Shown here: positions 30,023-43,665 of the stretch, piece by piece
Layout: each line of letters begins with the position of its first letter
Numbering within the stretch: position 1 is the stretch's first letter
NCBI GenBank assembly: GCA_001784175.1
Contig: MFPR01000006.1
Location: forward strand, 1 to 64,000
Direction: 5' to 3'
Length of the DNA stretch: 64,000 nucleotides
Source of the DNA: Candidatus Lindowbacteria bacterium RIFCSPLOWO2_12_FULL_62_27
GTDB lineage: Bacteria > Lindowbacteria > 2-12-FULL-62-27
Notes under the pieces: model-generated
Database searches by the model: none
What the model was told of the DNA's origin: nothing
Seen by the model: only the letters and a program-made list of their open reading frames with translations
Program-made: the position numbers and the translations under genes

Positions 30023-32803
30023 TCACTTCACCGTGAGAAAGTCTCTCATCATGTCCGTCCGTTGCTTCCCGCGGTGGTCCTTGTCCATGATGTTCAAGAG
30101 ATCGTTCATAGACCGCAGCCGCCGATTTTTCCGCAGTGCCAAGAGCGCCTCTTTCTCGTCCCTTCTCAGAAACGGGATCGCGTTGATCCGTTCGTCCGAG
30201 GCCGATGTGAGGTTCAGAGGCGTTCCCCAGTCCCTCAGATACCCCGGGTCGACCGTGACCGTCCGGTCGCCGGTGACGTACAGAACCTGGCGGAACTGAT
30301 CCGGGAGCTTCTCCGAGTACTTGGTTTCAGTTGTCTCGTAGTACCGTTTCACGTCCTCCAGGAACGCATCGACCGACTCGAACGCTCCGACCTTGTGCCG
30401 GCGCATCATGATATAGAAAACCCACCATGGCGCCTTCACCCGGGCGATCAAGTCGTACTGAGACGCGTGGTTGAGGTCGAGCCGGTCCGGCACGGAAACA
30501 GCGGCCGCCAACTGCGCGGCGTAATACTCATGAACGGCCGTTTGAAAAGTCCTGTCGAGCGCGGGATTTCCGAGGGAGATGAAGTCCAGCCATGTGACGA
30601 CCCCGGACTTGCTTTGCGAGTTCAGGACGTCCTCCAGCGTCCGAAACGGTCCGCTCGTTTTCCGTCTTGCCAGAAGCACCTCCGCGTCCCGTTGCCGGAT
30701 CAGCGATATGGGCAAGAGAGCTGGCAGGTCGGCCGCATTGATGTTGACGCGGCTGTATATTCCGGCATCCTGCGGGTCCGGCGGCGCAACTTCCCGGGAT
30801 TCGACTTTCAGTTGCGGCAAAATTTCCTCGGAAAGCTTGCCCGTCCAGCTGAGGACGGCCCGAACATCCCTCGTGTCTCTGAATGCCCCGTGATTCGTGC
30901 GGAACGAGATGAGGTAATGGGCGCGTTCAGCATTCATTTTCCGAATCTTGACCAAGTCCGAAAACCCGGCGGAATTGGCGTCCAGGACGATGTCCGCCGA
31001 TTTCTCGTAACGAACCCAGCGCGCCCTGTGGATGAGCTGGTCCGCATAATATCGATCGACCGCTTTCCGGTACTCGCGGTCAAGGCCGGTGTCTCCGAGG
31101 GATACAAAATCCATCCATGGTGTCGACCCTGTTTGAACCAAGGCGGCCGGCATCGCCTCCATAATGTCCTGCAGGGTGCGGAAGGCGCCGGCGGCCATGC
31201 GTTGCCTGATGATTTTTGGCACAGATTTCTCCGAAATGAACGGCGTGGACATCAGTTCCCCCTCGCCGGCCCGGTTGATGTCGACGCGGCGGTATCGCTT
31301 GAGAAACTCCGCATCCGGCGGCGCTGCGTCGGGCGTTTCGACTTTCAGGCGCGACAGAACGCCGGAGAGCGTCGCGGACAGGCTGGTCATCATGGAGAGA
31401 ACGACTTCAACCTGCCGGACATCTTTGAACGCCCCCCGGTTATGCCGCCATGCGAGCAGAAAGAGCGCGCGTTTCTCACCCATGCCCGGGATTTTTACCA
31501 GATCCTGAAATCCGGCCGCATTCGCGTCGATCAACACGTCGCCTTCTTGAGGCGGCCTCAGTCCAACCCACCCCCAATACACCAGCGCGGCCACGCCGAC
31601 GACGGCTGCAAACTTGCCGGCCATCCGGACGGCTTGACGGCGAAAGCGGCGTCTTAGTGCGATGGACTCCCGCGACACGATCAACTTGCAGTGCGGCAGA
31701 GCTTCCGCCGAAACAAGCCCGCAGGCCCGGCAATATCCCCCGGCCGTGACGGATCCCGAGCATTCCGCGCAGACGGCGTCTCCGACGCCGGCCGCCGCCC
31801 TCCCCACCCCGCAGGCCCGCCGGCTCGATGCGCCGCCCTGATGGACCAGGCCGAGATAGCGCGTTTTCTTCAACACGCCCTGCTCATCCACCACCGCCCA
31901 TCTTTTGACAAACGGCAAATACACAATGCCGTCCAGCGCGTACCGGCGCGACGGATCGAACGCTTCGGCCGGAAGTGTCTCCCGGTCAGAAACGGCTTGC
32001 GCGAGGTCCCCCGCCGTCTGATACCGGTGCGCCGGGTTGCGCTGCAGCAGCCGGTCCACCACGCGCGCCAGGCCGTCGGGCGCGTCCGGATGGACGTCCA
32101 GCACGGAGGGCGGCTGTGACGTGGGGTCGATGATCTGCCGGATGAGACTGACCTGATTCTCGCCCTCGTAAGGAAGCCGGCCGGTCAGCATCTGAAATCC
32201 GAGAATGCCCAATGACCAAAGATCGGCCCGCGCGTCCACGGCCTTGCTGCCCGCCGCGCCGAACTGCTCGGGCGCCATGTAGGCCGGCGTCCCCATGTGC
32301 TGGCCGGTCATGGTCAGCGTGATTTCGTCCACGAGCTTGGCGATGCCGAAATCGATCATCTTGACCTCGCCCTGTTTCGTCAGGATGATGTTCCTGGGCG
32401 AAACGTCCCGGTGAATCACGCCCTGCCGGTGGGCGTAGGCGAGGATGTCCGCGGTGTCGCGCAGAATGCGCGCCGCAAGTTCCGGCGGCAGGGGCCCCGC
32501 GTGCCGGGACATCAGACTGTCCAGTCCTTCGGCGTCAATGAACTCCATCGCAAGGTATCGGTGTCCTTCTGATTCCCCCTCGTCGTAGAGCTGCGGGATG
32601 CCGGGATGGGAGAGCCGGCGGAGGGACGCGCACTCGCGGGAGAAGCGTTCCCGGAACCGTTCGTTGCGGCTGAGATGTTCGGGCAGGATCTTCAGCGCGA
32701 CCGTCCGGCCGCCGGCATCCTCGGCGAGATGGACAACACCCATGCCGCCGTGGCCGAGTTCTCTCAGAAGCTTATAGGGTCCAAACGCGCCGGCGGCTGT
32801 CAT
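30023..32803 (-). CDS. Hanks-type Ser/Thr kinase with Cys-rich segment, TM helix and six ComEA-like helix-hairpin-helix domains
   Basis: GHGGMG, VALK, HRDVSPRN, DFG, YMAPE; CAEC..CRAC; TM; six (I/V/L)(D/N)xNxA...L...R...G.F units. Confidence 0.85.
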   Translation of the reverse strand: MTAAGAFGPYKLLRELGHGGMGVVHLAEDAGGRTVALKILPEHLSRNERFRERFSRECASLRRLSHPGIPQLYDEGESEGHRYLAMEFIDAEGLDSLMSRHAGPLPPELAARILRDTADILAYAHRQGVIHRDVSPRNIILTKQGEVKMIDFGIAKLVDEITLTMTGQHMGTPAYMAPEQFGAAGSKAVDARADLWSLGILGFQMLTGRLPYEGENQVSLIRQIIDPTSQPPSVLDVHPDAPDGLARVVDRLLQRNPAHRYQTAGDLAQAVSDRETLPAEAFDPSRRYALDGIVYLPFVKRWAVVDEQGVLKKTRYLGLVHQGGASSRRACGVGRAAAGVGDAVCAECSGSVTAGGYCRACGLVSAEALPHCKLIVSRESIALRRRFRRQAVRMAGKFAAVVGVAALVYWGWVGLRPPQEGDVLIDANAAGFQDLVKIPGMGEKRALFLLAWRHNRGAFKDVRQVEVVLSMMTSLSATLSGVLSRLKVETPDAAPPDAEFLKRYRRVDINRAGEGELMSTPFISEKSVPKIIRQRMAAGAFRTLQDIMEAMPAALVQTGSTPWMDFVSLGDTGLDREYRKAVDRYYADQLIHRARWVRYEKSADIVLDANSAGFSDLVKIRKMNAERAHYLISFRTNHGAFRDTRDVRAVLSWTGKLSEEILPQLKVESREVAPPDPQDAGIYSRVNINAADLPALLPISLIRQRDAEVLLARRKTSGPFRTLEDVLNSQSKSGVVTWLDFISLGNPALDRTFQTAVHEYYAAQLAAAVSVPDRLDLNHASQYDLIARVKAPWWVFYIMMRRHKVGAFESVDAFLEDVKRYYETTETKYSEKLPDQFRQVLYVTGDRTVTVDPGYLRDWGTPLNLTSASDERINAIPFLRRDEKEALLALRKNRRLRSMNDLLNIMDKDHRGKQRTDMMRDFLTVK

Positions 32804-32810
32804 TATGAAA

Positions 32811-33872
32811 TTAAAGCTGAATTTCCCCCTGGTCGCCCAGCATGAGCCGGTAGCTGCCTTCGCGGCTTCCGTCCCGCACGATCCGCACGCCCCGGCCGAG
32901 TAGGCTGTCAGTGAGGGGGCGCGGGAGATTGAACAGCTCGACGTCCTCCATCAGGATGCTGTGATGGATTTCGCTGCGGATGATCCGCGCGTTCGAAGAG
33001 ATGGACGTGAACGGCCCGAGCGTGGCGTCCTCGAGGAAACAGTTCTCCCCGACGACACAGGGACCCGTGACGCGGCACCGCACGAGCCGGGTGCCGGCGC
33101 CAATCCGTACCGGCCCCCGGATTTCACACTGGTCGGTCGACCCGCGGATATCGTCGTCGCTCATTTCTTTCAGGACAAACCGGTTGGCCTCGAGAAGGTC
33201 CTCCTTCTTGCCGGTGTCTTTCCACCACTGCTCGATTTTCCGGTAGACGACTTTTTGCCCGGACTCGAGCAGGACCTGGATCGCCTCCGTGATTTCGAGT
33301 TCCCCGCGCCCCGACGGCTTCAGTTTCGGGATCGCTTCGAAAATCGCGGCGCTGAACAGATACACGCCCACCAGCGCCAAATTCGACGGCGGATATTTCG
33401 GTTTCTCAATCAGCCGCACGATCCGGTCTCCCGCAAGCTCCACCACGCCGAAGGCCGAAGGGTTGGGCACCGGCGCAAGGAGCAGGAGCGCGCCCGGCCG
33501 GTCCCGCTCAAATTGCGCGACCAGCGGCCCGAGCGGGTCCTTGATGAGATTGTCGCCGAGAAACATGAGAAAGGGTTCGCCGCCGAGATACGCTTTCGCG
33601 GTCCAGACCGCATGGGCCAAGCCCAGCGGCGCCTCCTGCGGGAGATACGTGACCTCGAGCCCGAACGCCGACCCGTCGCCCACGGCGGCTCGAATGTCCG
33701 CCGCCGTGTCGCCGACGATCATGCCGACCTGCCGGATTCCCGCTTGCGCGAGGGCTTCGAGCCCGTACGCGAGGATCGGTTTGTTGGCGATGGGAATGAG
33801 TTGTTTTGCCGACGTGTGAGTGATGGGCCGAAGCCGCGTCCCTTTCCCGCCGGCCAGCACGAGCCCTTTCAT
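32811..33872 (-). CDS. rfbA: Glucose-1-phosphate thymidylyltransferase, long form
   Basis: LAGGKGTRLRP.T...AKQL, LGDN, EKP, S.RGELEIT, WKDTG, beta-helix tail. Confidence 0.9.
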   Translation of the reverse strand: MKGLVLAGGKGTRLRPITHTSAKQLIPIANKPILAYGLEALAQAGIRQVGMIVGDTAADIRAAVGDGSAFGLEVTYLPQEAPLGLAHAVWTAKAYLGGEPFLMFLGDNLIKDPLGPLVAQFERDRPGALLLLAPVPNPSAFGVVELAGDRIVRLIEKPKYPPSNLALVGVYLFSAAIFEAIPKLKPSGRGELEITEAIQVLLESGQKVVYRKIEQWWKDTGKKEDLLEANRFVLKEMSDDDIRGSTDQCEIRGPVRIGAGTRLVRCRVTGPCVVGENCFLEDATLGPFTSISSNARIIRSEIHHSILMEDVELFNLPRPLTDSLLGRGVRIVRDGSREGSYRLMLGDQGEIQL

Positions 33873-33964
33873 CGAGGCGATCTAAAATGCTTTTCACCGG
33901 AAATTCAAGGGAAACGGCGCAAATCGGTCACCCCCTCTTGGGGGGTCTCTTTTCGTCCCGCGTC

Positions 33965-33993
33965 TTGACATACAGGCCAAGTCGGATCATAAT
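33965..33993 (+). promoter_or_regulatory. Sigma70 promoter for the S1-DUF501-upp-atp run
   Basis: TTGACA-N17-CATAAT. Confidence 0.75.
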
Positions 33994-34035
33994 TCATGAT
34001 TTTAACCTATCGAAATCGCAAAGGAGTGAGGTCGA

Positions 34036-34443
34036 GTGGGCAGCGGTACAGTGATGGTCGGGGACGTGGTGGAGGCGGAAGTGGTGAAAGTCGCCGAAAT
34101 CGGGTTCTTCGTGAAACTCCCCACCGGGCAGGAAGGCCTGGTGCATGTTTCGCAGATCGCCAACGAATTCGTCAAGAACGTCGGGGACTACGCGAAGCTT
34201 GGAGACAAGTTTCAGGTCAAGGTCGTCCAGACCCGCGGCGGCCGGCTGGAGTTGTCGGCCAAGGTCGTGGAGCCGTTGAAGAAGAAATTCGGGTCCGCGA
34301 GCGCCGAGCAGAATGCGCAGGATGCGTTTGAGGACAAGCTGAAAAAATTCATGATCATGTCGGAGCGCGCCCAGGCGGACTTGCGCCGCAACCGGGAGGC
34401 GCGGCGGACGGGCAAGAAGATCAGCCGGTTTCGCCGAGGGTGA
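34036..34443 (+). CDS. S1 RNA-binding domain protein (YabR/YugI-like)
   Basis: GFFVKL...EGLVHVSQIA..FV; FEDKLKKF tail; AAGGAG RBS. Confidence 0.9.
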   Translation: MGSGTVMVGDVVEAEVVKVAEIGFFVKLPTGQEGLVHVSQIANEFVKNVGDYAKLGDKFQVKVVQTRGGRLELSAKVVEPLKKKFGSASAEQNAQDAFEDKLKKFMIMSERAQADLRRNREARRTGKKISRFRRG

Positions 34444-35003
34444 TCCTGGAGAAGGTCGTCGCGGCTCAGCTCGCGCGATCGCGCGTGCAGCCCTTTCAGG
34501 TCGCGCGCCGGTGTCCGGCCGGATATCCGATGGTGATCGAATGCGATCCCCTCCCGACCCCCTCCGAAGGCCGCGACCCGGGCCGCGTATTCACGACCCT
34601 GTACTGGCTCACCTGCCCGGAACTCATCCGGCATGTGGGCGGGCATGAATCTACGGGCGCGATCGGGCGCATGGAAAATTGGGTCGCGCAAAATCCAGCC
34701 GCCCGACAGGCGCTGGAGGCGCAGCACCTCCGATATTCGGAAGAGCGCCGCCGGCGCATCGGCGCGGCCCGGCTTCGGGCGCTGGCCGATGATCACCCGA
34801 AACTTGCCGCGTCGCTGGCGCAGACAGGGATTGGCGGCGTGTCGGGGGGAACACACTTGAAGTGCCTGCACGCGCATGCGGCGTATCATCTGGTGCAGGA
34901 GGACCATCCGGTGTTTCTCACGCATCCGGAGCTGTTGACAGACATTTCCGAATGCCGCCGGTGCGACCGGCTCGTCGCCGAAGGAGCGTCCCATGGCGTT
35001 TAA
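34440..35003 (+). CDS. DUF501 family protein
   Basis: RCP.G.P.VI, F.T.YWLTCP, GIGG...KCLHAH.A. Confidence 0.85.
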   Translation: MILEKVVAAQLARSRVQPFQVARRCPAGYPMVIECDPLPTPSEGRDPGRVFTTLYWLTCPELIRHVGGHESTGAIGRMENWVAQNPAARQALEAQHLRYSEERRRRIGAARLRALADDHPKLAASLAQTGIGGVSGGTHLKCLHAHAAYHLVQEDHPVFLTHPELLTDISECRRCDRLVAEGASHGV

Positions 35004-35628
35004 GGGCCTTCACACCATTTCGCATCCTCTCATTCATGAAAAACTCACCACCCTGCGGGACCGCCGGACGCCCAACCGGGAGTTCCGCCAGCTCATCGCG
35101 GAAATCTCGGCCCTCATGGTTTTCGAAATGACCCAGCGATTCCCCACGCGGTCCGTCCGGGTCGAGACGCCGCTGCGCACGGCCACGGGATGCCGGCTCG
35201 CGCGGCCCATTGCGCTCGTGCCGATCTGGCGCGCCGGGCTTGGCATGCTCGAGGGCGTCCACCGGTTGATCCCGTCCGCCGGCGTCGGGCATATCGGAAT
35301 TTACAGGGATGAAGTCTCCCTTCAGCCGGTCGAATATTTCTGCAAGCTCCCGCCCAACCTCGACGAGGCCGAGACGATCGTGATGGATCCGATGCTCGCC
35401 ACGGGCGGATCGGCCGCGCACGCGGTCAGCCTCTGCAAACGCGCCGGCGCAAAACATATATCCTTCTTGTGCCTGCTGGCCGCGCCGGAAGGCTGCCGTA
35501 AATTTTTTTCGGATCATCCCGCCACGCCGGTCTTCACGGCCAGCCTCGATCAGCGCCTCAACTCCCGCGGATACATTCTGCCCGGTCTCGGCGACGCGGG
35601 CGACCGGCTCTACGGGACGGAGAAATAA
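34993..35628 (+). CDS. upp: Uracil phosphoribosyltransferase
   Basis: HPLI.KLT.LRD, RAGLGM, DPMLATGGS, YILPGLGDAGDR. Confidence 0.97.
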   Translation: MAFKGLHTISHPLIHEKLTTLRDRRTPNREFRQLIAEISALMVFEMTQRFPTRSVRVETPLRTATGCRLARPIALVPIWRAGLGMLEGVHRLIPSAGVGHIGIYRDEVSLQPVEYFCKLPPNLDEAETIVMDPMLATGGSAAHAVSLCKRAGAKHISFLCLLAAPEGCRKFFSDHPATPVFTASLDQRLNSRGYILPGLGDAGDRLYGTEK

Positions 35629-35630
35629 CC

Positions 35631-36179
35631 GTGGGGGCCGCCGGCGGAGTCCTCGCGCTCGCCCGCCGGTACGCGCGCGGGCTGGCCGAGGCGGCGCCCA
35701 AGGATCTCGGGCGGGCCGCCGCCGCGCTCGACGGCTGGCGTGAAACCTTGCGGTACTCTCCGGATCTGTCCTCGATCCTCTCCGATCCGCGCCTGCCCAA
35801 ACCCGCGCGGGCGGCCATCGCGCGCGATCTGTTCGGCCGGCTGGACGCGCCCGTCCCGCTGTTGAATCTGGTCGGCCTTCTGATTGAGGAAAATCGCTTT
35901 GAACTTCTTTCGCCGCTCCACGAGGCTTTTGTCCGCGAGCGGGAGAAGCGGGAGGGTATCCTCCATATTATCGTGGAGACCGCCGCGTCCCTGGCGGACC
36001 AGGGCCGCGAGCGAATCCGGAGCCGGCTGGCCGAGAGCCTCCGGCGGCACATCCGGATCGAGGAGCGCGTCCGGCCGGAGCTTTTGGCCGGCGTCAATCT
36101 CCGGATCGGCAGCCGTGTATGGTACGGCAGCGCCAAACACCAGATCGACCAGCTATTCAGATTTCACATATCGGAATGA
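35631..36179 (+). CDS. atpH: ATP synthase F1 subunit delta
   Basis: ARRYA..L N-terminus, GS tail, position directly before atpA. Confidence 0.88.
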   Translation: MGAAGGVLALARRYARGLAEAAPKDLGRAAAALDGWRETLRYSPDLSSILSDPRLPKPARAAIARDLFGRLDAPVPLLNLVGLLIEENRFELLSPLHEAFVREREKREGILHIIVETAASLADQGRERIRSRLAESLRRHIRIEERVRPELLAGVNLRIGSRVWYGSAKHQIDQLFRFHISE

Positions 36180-36191
36180 GGTGAACTGAGC

Positions 36192-37706
<1,515 letters not shown>

Positions 37707-37711
37707 TACCG

Positions 37712-40001
<2,290 letters not shown>

Positions 40002-40009
40002 GTCGCGCC

Positions 40010-40414
40010 TTGAAGCCCTACACCCTCCGGATCGTGACGCCGACCCGGGAAGTCTTCAACGCCGACGTCGAACACGTCCGGCTGCCGGGGCTGCAGGGAT
40101 ATTTCGGCGTGTGGGCGAGCCACGCGCCCTTCCTGGCGATCCTCGACGTCGGCGCGGCGGAATTTCGCGCCGGAACGGGCACACGATATCTGAGTCTTTC
40201 CGGCGGCTACGCCGAGGTGCTCGGCAACCGCGTCACGGTGATCGCACGAAGCGCCGAGTACGTGGAGGAGATCGACGCCAAGCGCGCCGAATCCGCCCGA
40301 AAGCGCGCCGCCGACCGGTTGATGGCGCACGACCCCGGGACCGATCTTGCGCGCGCGCAGGCGGCGCTGCGCCGGTCGATCCTGCGGCTGAATCTGTCGA
40401 GGACCGCGCGATGA
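40010..40414 (+). CDS. atpC: ATP synthase F1 subunit epsilon
   Basis: LRIVTP, G.FGV...HAP, GG.AEV, EEID..RA; TTG start inferred. Confidence 0.93.
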   Translation: MKPYTLRIVTPTREVFNADVEHVRLPGLQGYFGVWASHAPFLAILDVGAAEFRAGTGTRYLSLSGGYAEVLGNRVTVIARSAEYVEEIDAKRAESARKRAADRLMAHDPGTDLARAQAALRRSILRLNLSRTAR

Positions 40415-41103
40415 TCGCGGGCCGGATGGCGCCGGCGGGTGTTTTCCTACTCGTCCTGGTTCTTGCGCTCCCCGTCGATGCGGATGACACGAAGGCCGAT
40501 GCGCCGCAGGGGGCCACCACGCCGACGCCGGGAGAATCGAAGGAGGATTACGAATTCCGGATGATGCGTTTGAAAATGATGAACGACGACCTCGGACCTC
40601 GCTTCGACTCGGCCGCCCATCCGACCCCGCCTCGCCGGGGCGGCTACAAGGTCGGCCAGCGGGTCGTCTACACCGTCTGGGTCGACAACGACGATCCGAG
40701 CGACGGCATGCGCGATGTCGTCATCGGCATGTTTCCCCTCCCGCCCCACCTGAAACTCGATCTTTCGCCGGACCAGCCGGCCTACGGCAGCATTTTCACG
40801 GACAGCCGGTTGCCCTTCTATCCGGATCTGCCGGGCCGGTGCGTCGTGTACTATATCTCCCAGTCAGGGGAAACCCTGCCGCTCGTTCGGGGCACTCCGC
40901 CTGAGACGGTCCGGCATGTGATCTGGGTCGTGACCCGTGGAAACGGCGAGCAGGTGGTCGGGCCGCACAACGGGAACGACAACGTTTACGCCTGTGACAA
41001 GCCCGACACCGGCTACGGAGCGGCGGTGGACGGCGATCAGATGTACATGCGATACGCGGCCATCGTGGTCGGCAAGCCGGCCGCGCGCCGGACGAAAAAA
41101 TGA
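40411..41103 (+). CDS. Hypothetical secreted protein (possible DUF11-like beta domain)
   Basis: Signal-peptide-like N-terminus; ATGA overlaps the atpC stop; G.RVVYTVWVDN segment. Confidence 0.6.
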   Translation: MIAGRMAPAGVFLLVLVLALPVDADDTKADAPQGATTPTPGESKEDYEFRMMRLKMMNDDLGPRFDSAAHPTPPRRGGYKVGQRVVYTVWVDNDDPSDGMRDVVIGMFPLPPHLKLDLSPDQPAYGSIFTDSRLPFYPDLPGRCVVYYISQSGETLPLVRGTPPETVRHVIWVVTRGNGEQVVGPHNGNDNVYACDKPDTGYGAAVDGDQMYMRYAAIVVGKPAARRTKK

Positions 41104-42725
41104 AAATCGCGCCTCTGTTGGTGGTCGCACTCACACTTGCGGCCTGCACGGCGGCGCCGCCCAGACGGTCGGCGGGTCCCGCGCCGAAGGACCGAATCTC
41201 CGCCGCCGTTGATCCCCTCACCAAAAAATCCGCCGCGCCGACCGCGGAAGCGCGCATGGCCTGGAGCCGGGCGGTCTACGCCTTCGAACTCGGCGATTAT
41301 GGACCGGCCTCCGAACACGCCGCCGCCGCCATCGAGGGCGGCCTCGACAGCCTTGAGACCCGCCTGCTCCATGCCGAGTCCCTCGCCTACGCCGGCCAAC
41401 TGTCGCAGGCGGAGTCGGCGCTCCGGCATCTCGTCCGGCAGTATCCCGCGCCTCCCTCGGCCTTTTTTCTGCTCGGAAAAATCTATCTCATCTGGGGCGA
41501 TCACGAAAAAGCCGAGCACGCGATGACCCGGGCCTTTAACGCCGGCGGGTCCGACGACGAAGCCCTCTACCAGCTCGGTTCCCTCCAGCTTCGGCAGGGA
41601 TCGATCCCGCGCGCCATCGAATCCTTCCGCCAGTATGTAGACCGCCATCCGGAGGACGCCGAGGGCCTCACGCGGTACGCGGTCGCGCTTCTGGACGCGG
41701 GACATACCGCCGATGCGGAGGCTGTGTTGCGGCAGCTTCTCATGGCCGACCCCCGGAACCGGCTGGGCCTTTTTACGCTCGCCCTCATTTCCGAACAGCG
41801 CGGAGAGGCGGACCGGGCCTCGGAATTCTATGACCGGTTTCTCGAACTGGATCCCGACAACACGGAAGTCCTGAGCCAGCGTGCAACGCTGGCGGAGTCG
41901 CGCAAGGAGCTCGACACCGCCATCCGCCTGCGTGAGCGCCTCGCCCGGCAGACGCCCGCGGGCCTGCAGAACCGCTACCGGCTCGGCCAGCTTCTGGTCG
42001 ACGTCGGCCGTGACGACGATGCGGCGAATATTTTTCAGGCGCTGGCCGCGGATTTCCCCGAGCTGGGCCAGCCGTACGTCCAGCTCGGATACATTGAAAT
42101 TCGGCGGCATCACCACGCCGAGGCCATCCGGATGCTGCAGGAAGCGGCGAAACGCTTGAAAGACAACGCGGAGATTTTCAGCCTCATCGGGTTCACGCGC
42201 CTCGCCATGAAAGACGACACCGCCGCCGTCGCGGCCTTCAAGGAGGCGCGCCGGATCGATCCCAGGAACGTGAATATCCTGTTCACGCTGGGCGAAGTCC
42301 AGCAGAAGATCGGAGACTTTGACGGCGCCGTCCGGACCTTCCATGCGCTCCTGACGATCGAGCCGACCCACACGGAGGCCCTGAATTTTCTTGGCTACAT
42401 GTACGCCGAGCGCGGGGTGCGCCTGGTCGAGGCCGAGCGGCTGGTCAAGAAGGCCCTCGAGCGCGAGCCGGCCAACGCCTACTATCTCGACAGCCTCGGC
42501 TGGATCTATTTCAAAAAGGGCAAACTCAAACTCGCGCTCGAGTATATCGACCGCGCGTCCAGGATCCTGACCGATCCCGTCATCTTCGAGCATCTCGCGG
42601 ATGTCCTCGTGGCGCTGGGGTCGATCGACGAGGCCCGCGGATATTATGAGCGTTCGCTCGAAAAAAGCATGAGCGACGCCGTCCGGAACAAACTGCTGCA
42701 GCTCCCTGCTTCGGCCAATCGTTAA
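41100..42725 (+). CDS. TPR-repeat lipoprotein
   Basis: LAAC lipobox; tandem TPRs; ALNFLGY..A...DSLGW...HL.D C-terminal motif. Confidence 0.9.
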   Translation: MKIAPLLVVALTLAACTAAPPRRSAGPAPKDRISAAVDPLTKKSAAPTAEARMAWSRAVYAFELGDYGPASEHAAAAIEGGLDSLETRLLHAESLAYAGQLSQAESALRHLVRQYPAPPSAFFLLGKIYLIWGDHEKAEHAMTRAFNAGGSDDEALYQLGSLQLRQGSIPRAIESFRQYVDRHPEDAEGLTRYAVALLDAGHTADAEAVLRQLLMADPRNRLGLFTLALISEQRGEADRASEFYDRFLELDPDNTEVLSQRATLAESRKELDTAIRLRERLARQTPAGLQNRYRLGQLLVDVGRDDDAANIFQALAADFPELGQPYVQLGYIEIRRHHHAEAIRMLQEAAKRLKDNAEIFSLIGFTRLAMKDDTAAVAAFKEARRIDPRNVNILFTLGEVQQKIGDFDGAVRTFHALLTIEPTHTEALNFLGYMYAERGVRLVEAERLVKKALEREPANAYYLDSLGWIYFKKGKLKLALEYIDRASRILTDPVIFEHLADVLVALGSIDEARGYYERSLEKSMSDAVRNKLLQLPASANR

Positions 42726-43665
42726 CGCCCTCCGGCTTCGCGCGTTCGCCAAACTCAACCTCTGGCTCCGCGTCGGGCCGCGCCGCGCCGACGGGTATCA
42801 CGACCTGCTCACGCTGTTTCAATCGGTGGCGCTTTCGGACGAAGTGCGCATCCGGTTGGTTCGGTCGCCTCGGTCGTCCGGGCGCCTGAACCTGTGGATG
42901 TCCGATCCGGGCATCCCGGCCGGCGCGGGCAATACCGTCCACCGGGCGCACCGGTTTCTCTGCGAGCGCGTGCCCGCGGCGCGTTCCGTCGGATTCGACG
43001 TTCGCGTGGTCAAACATATCCCGGCCGGCGCCGGGCTCGGCGGCGGCAGCGCGGACGCGGCGGCGTTTCTGACGGGCGCGTGCCAACTTATGGGCGCCGG
43101 CCCGCTCACGTCGCGGGCTGATCTCATCGCTGTCGCCGGCGCGGTCGGCGCCGATGTGCCGTTTTGTCTTTTGGGCGGCACCGCCATCGGTCGAGGTCGC
43201 GGTGAGCGCTTGACGCGCCTGCCGCCTCTGCCGCCCCGGCGGGTCATCATCGCGGTCCCGCGCGCGCGGGTCTCGACCAAGCTCGCCTACGATCTCCTCG
43301 ATCGGTCCCGCGGCCGGAAAAACTTGACAAAGGCCCTTTCTGTCCGTAGCCTATATTCGGTGGTGCGATCCATTCGCAGGGGGCATGGCGTCAGGGTGCG
43401 GAGTGGGTTGATCAACGATTTTGAGCCGTACCTCTGTCAGCTTCACGCTGAGCTGGCGGAGGTGCGCGAAGGGTTGGGCCGATTCGGTCCGGCGGCGATG
43501 ACGGGCAGCGGTTCGGCCTTTTTTGTTTTGCCGGACCGCGGCGTCCGTCTGCCCCGCATTCGCGCCGCGGCGCCGGGTGCGGCGCTGTCGGAAGCGCGGT
43601 TCGTCCACAGAGGGGTTGAGTTGATCTCGGGCTCGTCGGGGGGTGTCGGTCGTGGAAGTCACTGA
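42718..43665 (+). CDS. ispE: 4-diphosphocytidyl-2-C-methyl-D-erythritol kinase (start codon non-canonical or uncertain)
   Basis: AFAKLNL...DGYH.L.T.FQ lies upstream of the ORF-track GTG; KHIP.GAGLGGGS.DAA, GADVPF, MTGSGS. Confidence 0.92.
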   Translation: MVNALRLRAFAKLNLWLRVGPRRADGYHDLLTLFQSVALSDEVRIRLVRSPRSSGRLNLWMSDPGIPAGAGNTVHRAHRFLCERVPAARSVGFDVRVVKHIPAGAGLGGGSADAAAFLTGACQLMGAGPLTSRADLIAVAGAVGADVPFCLLGGTAIGRGRGERLTRLPPLPPRRVIIAVPRARVSTKLAYDLLDRSRGRKNLTKALSVRSLYSVVRSIRRGHGVRVRSGLINDFEPYLCQLHAELAEVREGLGRFGPAAMTGSGSAFFVLPDRGVRLPRIRAAAPGAALSEARFVHRGVELISGSSGGVGRGSH

